IMG/VR virus record: IMGVR_UViG_3300034062_000507
Reading direction: 5' to 3' (one strand)
Length of the DNA stretch: 20,000 bases
Source: an uncultured virus (IMG/VR IMGVR_UViG_3300034062_000507)
Lineage: Duplodnaviria > Heunggongvirae > Uroviricota > Caudoviricetes
Of this stretch, positions 1 to 7,823 are shown one piece after another. Numbering within the stretch: the first letter of the stretch is position 1; every line of letters begins with the position of its first letter. A program made the translations under genes and the position numbers. The notes under the pieces are model-generated. The model did no database searches. It was not told the DNA's origin and worked only from the letters and a program-made list of their open reading frames with translations.

Positions 1-656
1 GCCTCGCGTTGCTGCATGCCTACAACCTTTTGCATGTACGGCGACATGTACGCATCGGCAGTCCCCGCGTCCGTAAATGACTTTGTGTTTACCCGCTCAG
101 CCGGACCCATCTGGTACTGGTTAAGCTGCGGCGCATTAAACTGCCCCGGCGCTTGAAATTGATTACCCGCGTATTCGCCCCGGTAGCCCATATTCTGAGC
201 GTTCTGCGCAGCGGCTTGTGTGATGCCACTAGCTTGCCCAAACTCGCCCGGCATCTGAAGCCCAGCAATACCTTTTTGAGCTGTTTCTTGCATGGGCTGG
301 AACCCAGCGATGGCTTTACCAGCGTCATATATAGGTTTACCGTCAGGACCTAATACAGGATTACCTTGAGCGTCGTATTGACCACCATAGGCTTGATACG
401 GCTTAAACCCGGTAATATTAAAATCGCCGCCCGTGGTCTCGCCTGTGTTCGGGTCCGTAGTAACAGGAGTTCTATTGCCCTGAAACAGCTGTTCTTGGGT
501 CGCCCCCAGCATGGTCTCAACATACGGCCTTGCGTACTCAGGGATGTTTGTGTTCTGAACAGTCGATGTTGTCTGTCCGCCACCGCCACCGCCACCCATG
601 TAAAGACGACGAATACCGTCTCTGGTGTAGCCATCAAATTTGCTTACGATGATCAT
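1..656 (-). CDS. Internal virion / DNA ejection protein, P22 gp7-like (3' end outside window; absent from the ORF track)
   Basis: ATG at 656-654 overlaps the upstream stop (ATGA). Frame is open to base 1: MIIVSKFDGYTRDGIRRLYMGGGGGGQTTSTVQNTNIPEYARPYVETMLG...YMSPYMQKVVGMQQRE. Short leader, Gly run and Q/G/A-rich body, directly downstream of a GNAT-like gene. Confidence 0.72.
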   Translation of the reverse strand, partial: MIIVSKFDGYTRDGIRRLYMGGGGGGGQTTSTVQNTNIPEYARPYVETMLGATQEQLFQGNRTPVTTDPNTGETTGGDFNITGFKPYQAYGGQYDAQGNPVLGPDGKPIYDAGKAIAGFQPMQETAQKGIAGLQMPGEFGQASGITQAAAQNAQNMGYRGEYAGNQFQAPGQFNAPQLNQYQMGPAERVNTKSFTDAGTADAYMSPYMQKVVGMQQRE

Positions 657-1060
657 AATTTAATCCTCATTACTTGATGGGTAACTTCCAGCCCAAACTT
701 CTCGTACATGTTAACCAAGGAACCTCTAGCCCACACTTGCGCTTTAGTAGCCCCGTGCAGCTTCATCCATTTGTACATCTCTTCAATAACGTGTGGGCGC
801 ATAATTCCTTTGCCGCCCATCAAATTGCCGTGACCAATTCTCTCGCGTGGGTAGTCAATAAAGTCCACCGCCGCTGCGCCTGTTATACCCTCGCCCGGCT
901 CTTCCCACACCACCAAGTAAGTGCGCCCTGTACGCACTGCGTACTCAACCTGTTCAATAGTTATCTCATTTGGGTCAAGGTCAATTGCTTTTTGCAAAAG
1001 AGGAGCGGCGACGGGCCATACTTCTGGCATCTGATTGGGGCTAATTTGGTAGAAAGGCAT
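653..1060 (-). CDS. GNAT/acetyltransferase-fold phage protein (position of P22 gp14)
   Basis: 135 aa with alternating beta/alpha pattern (YLVVWE..GITGAAAVDF..GNLMGGKG..GATKAQVWAR..MYEKFG). Sits immediately upstream of the ejection protein. Confidence 0.6.
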   Translation of the reverse strand: MPFYQISPNQMPEVWPVAAPLLQKAIDLDPNEITIEQVEYAVRTGRTYLVVWEEPGEGITGAAAVDFIDYPRERIGHGNLMGGKGIMRPHVIEEMYKWMKLHGATKAQVWARGSLVNMYEKFGLEVTHQVMRIKL

Positions 1061-1062
1061 GT

Positions 1063-2976
1063 TTATTTAGGCAGGTATTTTCTGGGGTTGATCTGCCTGC
1101 CTTGCTTTGAGTTACCAGTACGCGCTTTGCGTATCTTGTTCATCATTGCATGAAGTTGTTTAGCGCCAGCTTCCGTGGAGCCGTTACCCAGATGTGACAC
1201 CACATCAGCAGGGATAACAAACTCACCGTCAGCAAGCCGAGCAGGTTGGCGTCCATTAATAGTTGCAGGGATGTTGTCCGACATGCCGTCGCCGGGGCCT
1301 TTCAGCAGTCGTGGGTTTCCGCCAGCAGCGTAACCGCCCAAACTAGAGTGCATGATACCGCCTTGCGCCGCTTCAACGTCATCATCGTTTCGTTTTCTAG
1401 GCTTAACTGAAGCCATTTGCAACTGACCCATAGGCGTTGGGCGTTTAGCTGCGGGAGGGGTGACGTAGGCGCGTTGATTGATCTTGGACTGACGAATTTG
1501 CGCAGCGGTCAGCGCATCTTGATAACGAGTATCTGGGTCTTCGTCGCGGTAGATGCCCACATCACGAGACACTGCGGGAGCTTTCATAGGATCGCCCGCC
1601 AACATTTTTTGATACTGTTCGATAGAGTCGGTCAGACTACCGCCTTTAGCATAGCTAGCTACTTGCCCGCCTTTGTCAAACCCCAGGCCCCTCATGTTCA
1701 TTATCCCCATCTCCTCCGTAGCCATGTTTGGCCTACTCGGCAAACCCATGCCTTGTAATTGGCCCATTCGAGCATACGGATTTTGCATCTGCTGCATTTC
1801 TTGATGCTGCCGCACCTGTTGCAAATGCTGCAAAAAACCTTGAGGGTTTGCCGCAACAGACTGAGGGTCGTAACCGCCCATGCTGCCAAGACTGCCGCCC
1901 CCGCCTATACCGCCCATGTTGCCGCCGCCAAAGCCACTACCTACGGCCTGATACCCGTTGGCACCTGCCTGACCGAATTGCCCGCCACTACTCCCTCCGC
2001 CATCACCTACGTCGAAAGTGCCTTGCAGATTAATCTGCCCGCCGCTAGCATACATCTGGCCGTTGTTGGGCGTTAAAGCCTGAGCTTCGTTGTAGCCTAC
2101 TTGAACGTCGTTGGACTGCTGCGGCATAGCGCCCATGCCCATAACGCCGCCTTCCGCGTAGCGGGGCGTGTATTGAAAATCTGCGGGGTTAGCACGGCCC
2201 GGCTGAAAATCAGGTGACAACCTATATTTAGATAGTGGGCCGCTGTATTTACTATCGTTGAACGTAGCGGCGGAGGGGTTCAAAAGCCCTAGAGCGCTAG
2301 CGCCCATGTACGCGCCCGACATTGCCATAAGCGGGTTCTTCTCCGCGAACTTCATAGCCTTGTCCATGCCGACTTCAAGTGCGGAAGGGGGCGGGACATT
2401 AGCGGTTAGATTAGCGTTGGCCATTTCATTCGCCATACTGTTTATGCCGCCTGAACCGGGCTCGATAAATTGATTGGCTGGAATTTGACCGTCTATGCCC
2501 ATAGGCGATGGAGCGGAGGGTGGCGGCGCAGGAGGCGCAATAGGCGCAAGAGGCGCAGAAGGCGCAGGAGGTGGAGCTAGTGCAGCCGCTTGTTGTTGCG
2601 CTGCAAGGTTAAGAGATTCAGCTGAAGTCCCTTGAAGGCCCTGAATACCCTGAATACCCGCGCTTGGCGCTGCCGAGGTAGCCTGAACCGTAGGGAAACC
2701 AGAATTCATAGCAGCGGCTTGAGTTGCCTCTGCTGTAAGAGGCGCAGCGTTTGCGGTAGCCCCTTCGATTCCCATAATGCCAGCTTGTGTACCGGCCTGT
2801 TGGGCGGCTGCTTGGGCGGCGGTTTGCGCGGCAGCAGTACTAGCGGCTTCGGCGGCGGCGACGGAAGCGGCTTCGGCAGCGGCAATTTCGGCAGCGGTGA
2901 CTGCTGCGGCTTCGGCGGCGGCAGCGGCTGCAATTTCAGCGGCGGCGGCTTCAGCAAATATAAGAGCCATTGGCAT
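1063..2976 (-). CDS. Large low-complexity putative internal virion protein with conserved-looking C-terminal domain
   Basis: 637 aa. Ala/Glu helical N-terminus, Pro-rich and Gly/Gln-rich linkers, six hydrophobic-x-x-GG motifs, C-terminal GPGDGMSDNIPA...ARLADGEFVIPADVVSHLGNGSTEAGA. RBS AAGGAG upstream. Confidence 0.7.
   Translation of the reverse strand: MPMALIFAEAAAAEIAAAAAAEAAAVTAAEIAAAEAASVAAAEAASTAAAQTAAQAAAQQAGTQAGIMGIEGATANAAPLTAEATQAAAMNSGFPTVQATSAAPSAGIQGIQGLQGTSAESLNLAAQQQAAALAPPPAPSAPLAPIAPPAPPPSAPSPMGIDGQIPANQFIEPGSGGINSMANEMANANLTANVPPPSALEVGMDKAMKFAEKNPLMAMSGAYMGASALGLLNPSAATFNDSKYSGPLSKYRLSPDFQPGRANPADFQYTPRYAEGGVMGMGAMPQQSNDVQVGYNEAQALTPNNGQMYASGGQINLQGTFDVGDGGGSSGGQFGQAGANGYQAVGSGFGGGNMGGIGGGGSLGSMGGYDPQSVAANPQGFLQHLQQVRQHQEMQQMQNPYARMGQLQGMGLPSRPNMATEEMGIMNMRGLGFDKGGQVASYAKGGSLTDSIEQYQKMLAGDPMKAPAVSRDVGIYRDEDPDTRYQDALTAAQIRQSKINQRAYVTPPAAKRPTPMGQLQMASVKPRKRNDDDVEAAQGGIMHSSLGGYAAGGNPRLLKGPGDGMSDNIPATINGRQPARLADGEFVIPADVVSHLGNGSTEAGAKQLHAMMNKIRKARTGNSKQGRQINPRKYLPK
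2800..2955 (-). repeat. Ala-rich (AAAE/AAAQ) low-complexity coding repeat
   Basis: AEAAAAEIAAAAAAEAAAVTAAEIAAAEAASVAAAEAASTAAAQTAAQAAAQQ; GCC/GCT-rich DNA with recurrent GCCGAA. Confidence 0.85.
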
Positions 2977-2977
2977 G

Positions 2978-3328
2978 TCAGAACTCCTTGATTTCTGGCG
3001 ACTCTAGTCCCGTGCCGCGAAGATTATGTAAACAGCACAGCACCACATTGTCAGTCAGCGCCATGAATGCGTGCTTCTTGCCCGCAGGAATTGTAATAAC
3101 CGCAGGGGCATCAAAGCGCCCCATAGACTCGCCATCTTGCCAAGCTTCTACTGCGCCGTGCGATACCAACGTAATATGTGGGTGGGTATGGACATGTTGA
3201 GATAGAACAGACTTAGCTTTTGGAATTGTATAAGAACGAACCCAAATGCCGTCTACTTCGACTAGCTCAACATAGTCAAGATCAATTTTTTTGTACTTAG
3301 GGTCCGCACTAATTTCGTCTATGTTCAT
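2978..3328 (-). CDS. Cupin-fold (RmlC-like) protein
   Basis: 116 aa. Cupin motif 1 (IPKAKSVLSQHVHTHPHITLVSHG) and motif 2 (VITIPAGKKHAF) carry candidate metal-binding His residues. Confidence 0.8.
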   Translation of the reverse strand: MNIDEISADPKYKKIDLDYVELVEVDGIWVRSYTIPKAKSVLSQHVHTHPHITLVSHGAVEAWQDGESMGRFDAPAVITIPAGKKHAFMALTDNVVLCCLHNLRGTGLESPEIKEF

Positions 3329-3636
3329 ACTTTTACTTTCAGTACGTTGCCAGCGGCGGTATCGTAGTAGACATCGCCCACTCGGAGATTACTCAAATCA
3401 GCCTGCGTTGGCAAGCTAATTGTGAACGTGTTCGGCACTGCGGGGTTTGGTTGGATAAAACTCAGAGCCGCCACAATTTCTCCGTCCACACGCTGGGTGG
3501 AAGCGGCCATTGGCCCCGCGTTGTCCAATTGGTTAAAATACAGTCGCAAAATACCCAGTAGCTGATTTATGAACTGCGCGTCGTATTGTACCGGGGCAAT
3601 CGGTAGGAGAGGCGCTCTGACGTTTTTCTGTCCCAT
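3325..3636 (-). CDS. Small virion protein following the tail hub (possible needle/plug)
   Basis: 103 aa. N-terminal P-x-LP-x-AP-x-x-YD plus amphipathic helix (FINQLLGILRLYFNQLD); C-terminal GDVYYD..GNVLKV fibre-like motif. Function inferred from position only. Confidence 0.5.
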   Translation of the reverse strand: MGQKNVRAPLLPIAPVQYDAQFINQLLGILRLYFNQLDNAGPMAASTQRVDGEIVAALSFIQPNPAVPNTFTISLPTQADLSNLRVGDVYYDTAAGNVLKVKV

Positions 3637-3639
3637 GTG

Positions 3640-5499
3640 TCACCTACGTCCATCAGGACGAACATCTATTCGGGGTGCCCCGAGCTGCCATGTCGTTCCA
3701 AGTTGGTTAGAGTCAATTTTGAAGATCATCTGCCGCCCGCGCACGCGAGTGTAAATCTGGCCAGTAAATTCTTCCGTGACCACGTACGTGCTGCCCTTAA
3801 TGACCGCTTGCCCAGCCGATGTCTGCACACCCGAACCCGAGTTTGATAACCCCTGCAACGTCATAGTGACTTGCGGAACAGGGCTTTCTGATGAACCGTC
3901 AAAGGTAATATCCGGCAAAATGCGCCACACAAAACCAAAGTTGTGGCCGTCGCCAATATCAAACTCAGAAGACGAAATGTTAGCTGCAATCGGAGCAGGT
4001 GCTGCCGCAATGTTGTCATCTACTCCATCTTCATGGTTGACCAGATTATTCACATAGGTCGCCGCCAAGGGGAACGACAGCAGCCCTGAGTCCAGCCAAG
4101 CAGTGCGGCTCATATTGCCGTAATACCAAATCTTTTCAAGGTAGTTGTACACAATGTACCGGTCAACTTGCGTTGAGTTTGCGGAGCAGTAAAACCACCA
4201 GACCTCGTTGAAGCCTTCATTTGTCCCTGCAAAAACCTGCGCAGCTTGATCTTGGTTGAAGTCGTTGAACACGTAACGGCGCAGGTCGCAGTTGAGCGTC
4301 TGAACTCGGCCTTCGTACACGTAGAACTTGTCCACACCCATCCAGTAGACCACGCCTGACGCCAGCGCAACCGCATTTGGCCCAGCAATCGAGACGTTAT
4401 CCCCGAGCAACTGAGAACCCCAGACGTAAGGCGGTCCGAGGTACTGCAAGGAGTACAGCGCCTGATCCGTGAATACCACAATTTCTTGTCGGGTCTGGAT
4501 GGCCGTGATAATTTCAGAGCCGTGCGACACTCGCAGGCTACCTGCTTGGTTGGTGATCTGTGGGGTCCACACGTTGAAGTTTTCTTGGTCAGACCAGCGA
4601 ATCAGCATAGGGTCCAGTGTCGCGCTGCCGTAGTCGTTGGTGCCCATGCACAAGGTAAACCGGGAAGCGTCCGACACGATCAAAACGTTTTGAAAAAGCG
4701 GTGTATCGGTGTCACCAGTAACGGTCAGGTTAACGCCTCTTGTACCCACGCCTGTCCCTGCGTCCCAGTAATAAATACCCCCGCCCCGAGGGCCGTACAG
4801 AAGACTTTCTCCGTAGTTGTACTGGTTCCAAAGACGCAGTGGAGACACCGATGGCACACCTGTACCCCACGGGCCAAGCCCCCAACCTCCAGCGCCCCAG
4901 CCAACAAGCGGGCCTTCAAACTCGGGACCAACAGAAACTTGATAATTCGCAACAACTGAAGCGCCGCCGCCCGGCGAACCTGAAACGTCCGCAGCAATTG
5001 CAGAGACTCCGGTGTTCACTGTGTACGTGTTGGCGTCCACCACCGTCATGACGTACTCAGCGTTAAGAACAGCCGCTGTGATGTTTCCGCCAAGACCTGT
5101 GGCCCCGCTGAAAGTCACGTAGTCGCCGGTAATGCCCCCGTGCGCAGTGTCTGTTACGGTGATGACGCTGGAGCCAAGTGTGGCCACAAACGGGTTGTTG
5201 TTGATGGTAGGGCTGCTGCGCAGGGGGGTGACATCGTAATACTGCCCGCCTTGGTTAATGTAGAACTTGATGTTCGTGCCAACGCCTATCAGATTATTCC
5301 CGCCCAGCGTAACCCAGTTCCACAAGGAGCGGCACACGCCAAGATACGTGTCCGGGCTGAACCGGGTCCAACCGCCGATCTTCTCGGGATTACCTTGACG
5401 GAAGCGGATTTTGTCGCACTCGTACCAGCCGCCTTCGGTGGTGTAACGGGTGTTTTCCCGGTTGACTCCCGGTTTGAACAGTATCTTGGAAAGTGGCAT
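3640..5499 (-). CDS. Tail hub / head-closure (DNA stabilisation) protein, P22 gp10 / tail tubular B-like, with inserted beta domain
   Basis: 619 aa, beta-rich, with propeller-type segments (IRWSDQE, VYWMGVDKFYVYEG, EVWWFY, YNYLEKIWYYG) and C-terminal RVRGRQ..WQLG..RIDVRPDGRR. Located upstream of the ejection genes. Confidence 0.7.
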   Translation of the reverse strand: MPLSKILFKPGVNRENTRYTTEGGWYECDKIRFRQGNPEKIGGWTRFSPDTYLGVCRSLWNWVTLGGNNLIGVGTNIKFYINQGGQYYDVTPLRSSPTINNNPFVATLGSSVITVTDTAHGGITGDYVTFSGATGLGGNITAAVLNAEYVMTVVDANTYTVNTGVSAIAADVSGSPGGGASVVANYQVSVGPEFEGPLVGWGAGGWGLGPWGTGVPSVSPLRLWNQYNYGESLLYGPRGGGIYYWDAGTGVGTRGVNLTVTGDTDTPLFQNVLIVSDASRFTLCMGTNDYGSATLDPMLIRWSDQENFNVWTPQITNQAGSLRVSHGSEIITAIQTRQEIVVFTDQALYSLQYLGPPYVWGSQLLGDNVSIAGPNAVALASGVVYWMGVDKFYVYEGRVQTLNCDLRRYVFNDFNQDQAAQVFAGTNEGFNEVWWFYCSANSTQVDRYIVYNYLEKIWYYGNMSRTAWLDSGLLSFPLAATYVNNLVNHEDGVDDNIAAAPAPIAANISSSEFDIGDGHNFGFVWRILPDITFDGSSESPVPQVTMTLQGLSNSGSGVQTSAGQAVIKGSTYVVTEEFTGQIYTRVRGRQMIFKIDSNQLGTTWQLGAPRIDVRPDGRR

Positions 5500-5507
5500 G
5501 AATTACC

Positions 5508-6098
5508 TCAAGCTGTTAAGACGTTGAGGGCGCTGTTGATATGCGCAACCCTGTCTGCAAGCCCGATTGTCCCACCGTTGATCTTCTTTGTCATCCCTGT
5601 GAAGTCCTTGGCATCGGCCTCCTTGTTCAGGCCGCGCTTGTTCCAGTACCAAGCAGCGGTCAGGGCAGCGTATTCCTTGGACAGCACCAGCTCAGGTTCG
5701 GCCACAAAGTCCACCCCCAAGGCGTCAGAGGCAAGGCGGTAGTTGTCCTTGCCGGTCAACTGGATCAGGCCCCGGCCACGGTACTTCCAGCCATCGCCCT
5801 CGTCGGTGTTGCCCATCCGGCCAGAGTAGACCTTGTTGGCAATCTTCTCGGGGTTGCGATGGAATGGCTGCGCAGCTTCTTCTGATGCAAAGCGGCTTGG
5901 CCAAGTAGCGTGCAGCCCTTTGGCGCTGTAGTTCAAGTTCTCTTGCAAAGTTTTGAAGTTGCCAGACTCGTGGGCGCACTGGCCGATGAACGCTGCTTGG
6001 CGCTCGGGAGTGCTGATGTCGAAACGCTGAAACGCTGCCGTCAATGGCTCCAGCCAAGACGGGTCGATGTGCATCTCTTTGAGTTGGTCTTCGGTCAT
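5508..6098 (-). CDS. Glycoside hydrolase family 19 (chitinase-like) endolysin
   Basis: 196 aa with GH19 motifs AAFIGQCAHESGNF, ENLNYS, DGWKYRGRGLIQLTGKDNY, AAWYW and TKKINGGTIGLADR. Confidence 0.93.
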   Translation of the reverse strand: MTEDQLKEMHIDPSWLEPLTAAFQRFDISTPERQAAFIGQCAHESGNFKTLQENLNYSAKGLHATWPSRFASEEAAQPFHRNPEKIANKVYSGRMGNTDEGDGWKYRGRGLIQLTGKDNYRLASDALGVDFVAEPELVLSKEYAALTAAWYWNKRGLNKEADAKDFTGMTKKINGGTIGLADRVAHINSALNVLTA

Positions 6099-6592
6099 TT
6101 AGCGGCTCCAGCTTTTGAAAGAAGGTCGGTCTTGGCCTGCGATCCAGCAGAGGAGCCGAAGTAGTAGGCAATGATGCCCGTCCACGCCGTCCCCAAGCTG
6201 CCCAGCATCATCAAGATTGCGGGGTTACCGCTGTCGATCTGGTTGAAAAACATCATCACCATGATGCCAAAGAACCCAATGGTCACAGCGCCAGCAAGCA
6301 GGGGCGGCATCAGGCTGCGGGTGGTGGCCTGCATCTCCCGTGCTGACTTGCGGTCTTCAACTTCCAGCTTCTCAAAGTTTAAGCCCAACTCTTGCGCCTG
6401 CTTCTGAAGCTCAATCTCGGCAATCTTGACCTGTGCGATCTGCTCGGCAGACAGCTTGTTGTTGCTGATCATGTCTCCCACTTTGTCAGGGTCAACGCCG
6501 ATGGCTTTAGAGATGGCCGATACAGCCATACCCGCCAGTGGACCACCCATCGCTGTGGCAATGGTAGGTGCGATTTGTTTGAGCCAATCCAT
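6095..6592 (-). CDS. Holin-like membrane protein
   Basis: 165 aa. N-terminal IAPTIATAMGGPLAG, central DRKSAREMQ, two C-terminal TM segments ending YYFGSS. Overlaps the endolysin start (ATGA). Confidence 0.75.
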   Translation of the reverse strand: MDWLKQIAPTIATAMGGPLAGMAVSAISKAIGVDPDKVGDMISNNKLSAEQIAQVKIAEIELQKQAQELGLNFEKLEVEDRKSAREMQATTRSLMPPLLAGAVTIGFFGIMVMMFFNQIDSGNPAILMMLGSLGTAWTGIIAYYFGSSAGSQAKTDLLSKAGAAK

Positions 6593-6597
6593 ATCAA

Positions 6598-7053
6598 TTA
6601 CCCCTTTAAGTCAAAACTCAGGTTGGTGTGGCGGGGATACTGCACAACGCGCTCCCCTTCAGGACACTTGTACTTGATGGTCGCCAGCAGAGTTGCTTTA
6701 CCACTGGCAACTTTCTCTTTCCCCACCATTGTGAGTTCGTATGTAAACGTGTCAATTTCAGGCCCCGCCGGACCACTGAACTTGCTTGCGGTGGTGGTTG
6801 CCTCATGCACCATACCTGCTGCATCACGAATGCTTGGCGTAAAACTCTCAACAGAGCAGTCGTCACGTTTTTTAATCCGCGCAACCGTGACGTTGATGGG
6901 CTTGCCAGCCTCGGCCACAATTTTGAAATGCTCAGGAGTCCACTCAATGATGGCCCTGTCAAGCAAACCAAACTTGTCGGCAAGGGTGTAGCTGCCACCT
7001 AACGCAGCAACACTGGCGGCAACAGCTCCAATGGCTTTGGTAAGGTCAACCAT
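6598..7053 (-). CDS. Membrane-anchored protein with predicted extracytoplasmic beta-sandwich domain (lysis-cassette associated)
   Basis: 151 aa. N-terminal weakly hydrophobic Ala/Gly-rich helix (AIGAVAASVAALGGSY); two Cys (DDCSV, YKCPEG). Confidence 0.55.
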   Translation of the reverse strand: MVDLTKAIGAVAASVAALGGSYTLADKFGLLDRAIIEWTPEHFKIVAEAGKPINVTVARIKKRDDCSVESFTPSIRDAAGMVHEATTTASKFSGPAGPEIDTFTYELTMVGKEKVASGKATLLATIKYKCPEGERVVQYPRHTNLSFDLKG

Positions 7054-7141
7054 ATATCACTCCAATAAAAATACGGGCGCACCAGACGATGAGCCCAACA
7101 AGAAGGACCGCAGCAATAAATGCAACAGCCCAGTCTTTCAT
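7046..7141 (-). CDS. 31-aa single-pass membrane peptide (below the ORF track cutoff)
   Basis: MKDWAVAFIAAVLLVGLIVWCARIFIGVIYG*. ATG overlaps the upstream TGA (TGATG). Its 3' end overlaps the next start and contains that gene's GGAG RBS. It exactly fills the gap between neighbours. Confidence 0.7.
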   Translation of the reverse strand: MKDWAVAFIAAVLLVGLIVWCARIFIGVIYG

Positions 7142-7728
7142 CAGCAAGGTCCGGTTGTGCAGGTCAGGGTGGTCGTTGGCACAATCACTGGGGCTGGCTG
7201 CGTGATCGTGATCGGAGCAGGCTGAGTCACAACAATTGGCGCAGGCTGAGTAACAACAGTCGGAGCGTGCGTGCTGTCGGTGTTGGTTGTTGTGGTCGTG
7301 GTGTTCGTGGTGGTCACGTTGGCTGCGGGTGCTTGAATCTTGCCAGCTATCCCAACAAAGGCAGCGTTTGTGCTGACACCCAGATCACGGGCGTTGTTGC
7401 TCTGCGCAATGCCGACCTGAGCTTGTTTGCCCACGCTGTAAATCTGCGTTGCGGTTGGCAGCAACACGGCAGTCCACTGAAGCAGGTGGTCACCAAAAGA
7501 CTTGGGCGCTGCAACTTGGGTTTGGCTTTGAACCGCACCCATTTGCAAGGACATGACAGCAGCAACCTTGGCCGCAGTATCGCCTTGCGCCGCGATGTCA
7601 GAGAGCGCTTTGTAACGGGCAACTTGCGCTTGAGATTGCGCTTTGTGAATATCAGCGTAGGCTGCGTATTCGTTGGTTGCGCAGCCCGTCAGGGACAGCG
7701 CGGTGAGAATGAGGGCGATCAGTTTCAT
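7141..7728 (-). CDS. Lipoprotein with Thr/Pro-rich C-terminal tail (spanin-like or exclusion protein)
   Basis: MKLIALILTALSLTGC is a signal peptide II with an LTGC lipobox. Ala/Gln helical region, Thr run, TQPAP repeats, terminal CTTGPC. RBS GAAAGG. Confidence 0.8.
   Translation of the reverse strand: MKLIALILTALSLTGCATNEYAAYADIHKAQSQAQVARYKALSDIAAQGDTAAKVAAVMSLQMGAVQSQTQVAAPKSFGDHLLQWTAVLLPTATQIYSVGKQAQVGIAQSNNARDLGVSTNAAFVGIAGKIQAPAANVTTTNTTTTTTNTDSTHAPTVVTQPAPIVVTQPAPITITQPAPVIVPTTTLTCTTGPC
7180..7266 (-). repeat. Three 24-nt / 8-aa tandem repeats (xxxTQPAP)
   Basis: APTVVTQPAPIVVTQPAPITITQPAPVIVP. Confidence 0.85.
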
Positions 7729-7749
7729 GGGAGCCTTTCAGTTGTTTGG

Positions 7750-7814
7750 GGCAGACGTTAACCGGATACGATGGTCTGCCAGCACCGCCTTTTCCCGCAG
7801 GTACGGTCCGGTTA
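7750..7814 (-). promoter_or_regulatory. Predicted pseudoknotted RNA leader upstream of the lipoprotein RBS
   Basis: Crossing perfect complements: 7759-7766 TAACCGGA with 7807-7814 TCCGGTTA, and 7750-7756 GGCAGAC with 7774-7780 GTCTGCC. Additional hairpin 7782-7804. This is the only sizeable intergenic gap in the window. Confidence 0.55.
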
Positions 7815-7823
7815 TTAGGGCGC

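Noticed and set aside
89..637. Minus-strand ORFs 89-328 and 350-637
   Set aside because: Out of frame with the real, edge-truncated ORF starting at 656.
2800..2955. CRISPR array or non-coding tandem repeat
   Set aside because: Repeats are degenerate and in-frame coding, with no repeat-spacer structure. No CRISPR or tRNA was seen anywhere in the window.
5508..6098. Auxiliary metabolic chitinase
   Set aside because: GH19 adjacent to a holin is the established phage endolysin arrangement.
7120..7180. Programmed -1 frameshift fusing the lipoprotein to the TM peptide
   Set aside because: No slippery heptamer near the junction; the TGATG overlap is adequately explained by translational coupling.
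7729..7823. HDV/theta, twister, pistol or hammerhead ribozyme; guanidine-III, SAM-II or fluoride riboswitch; rho-independent terminator
   Set aside because: Junction lengths and conserved core nucleotides do not match by eye, and there is no U-tract after the stems on the coding strand. Retained only as an unknown structure.
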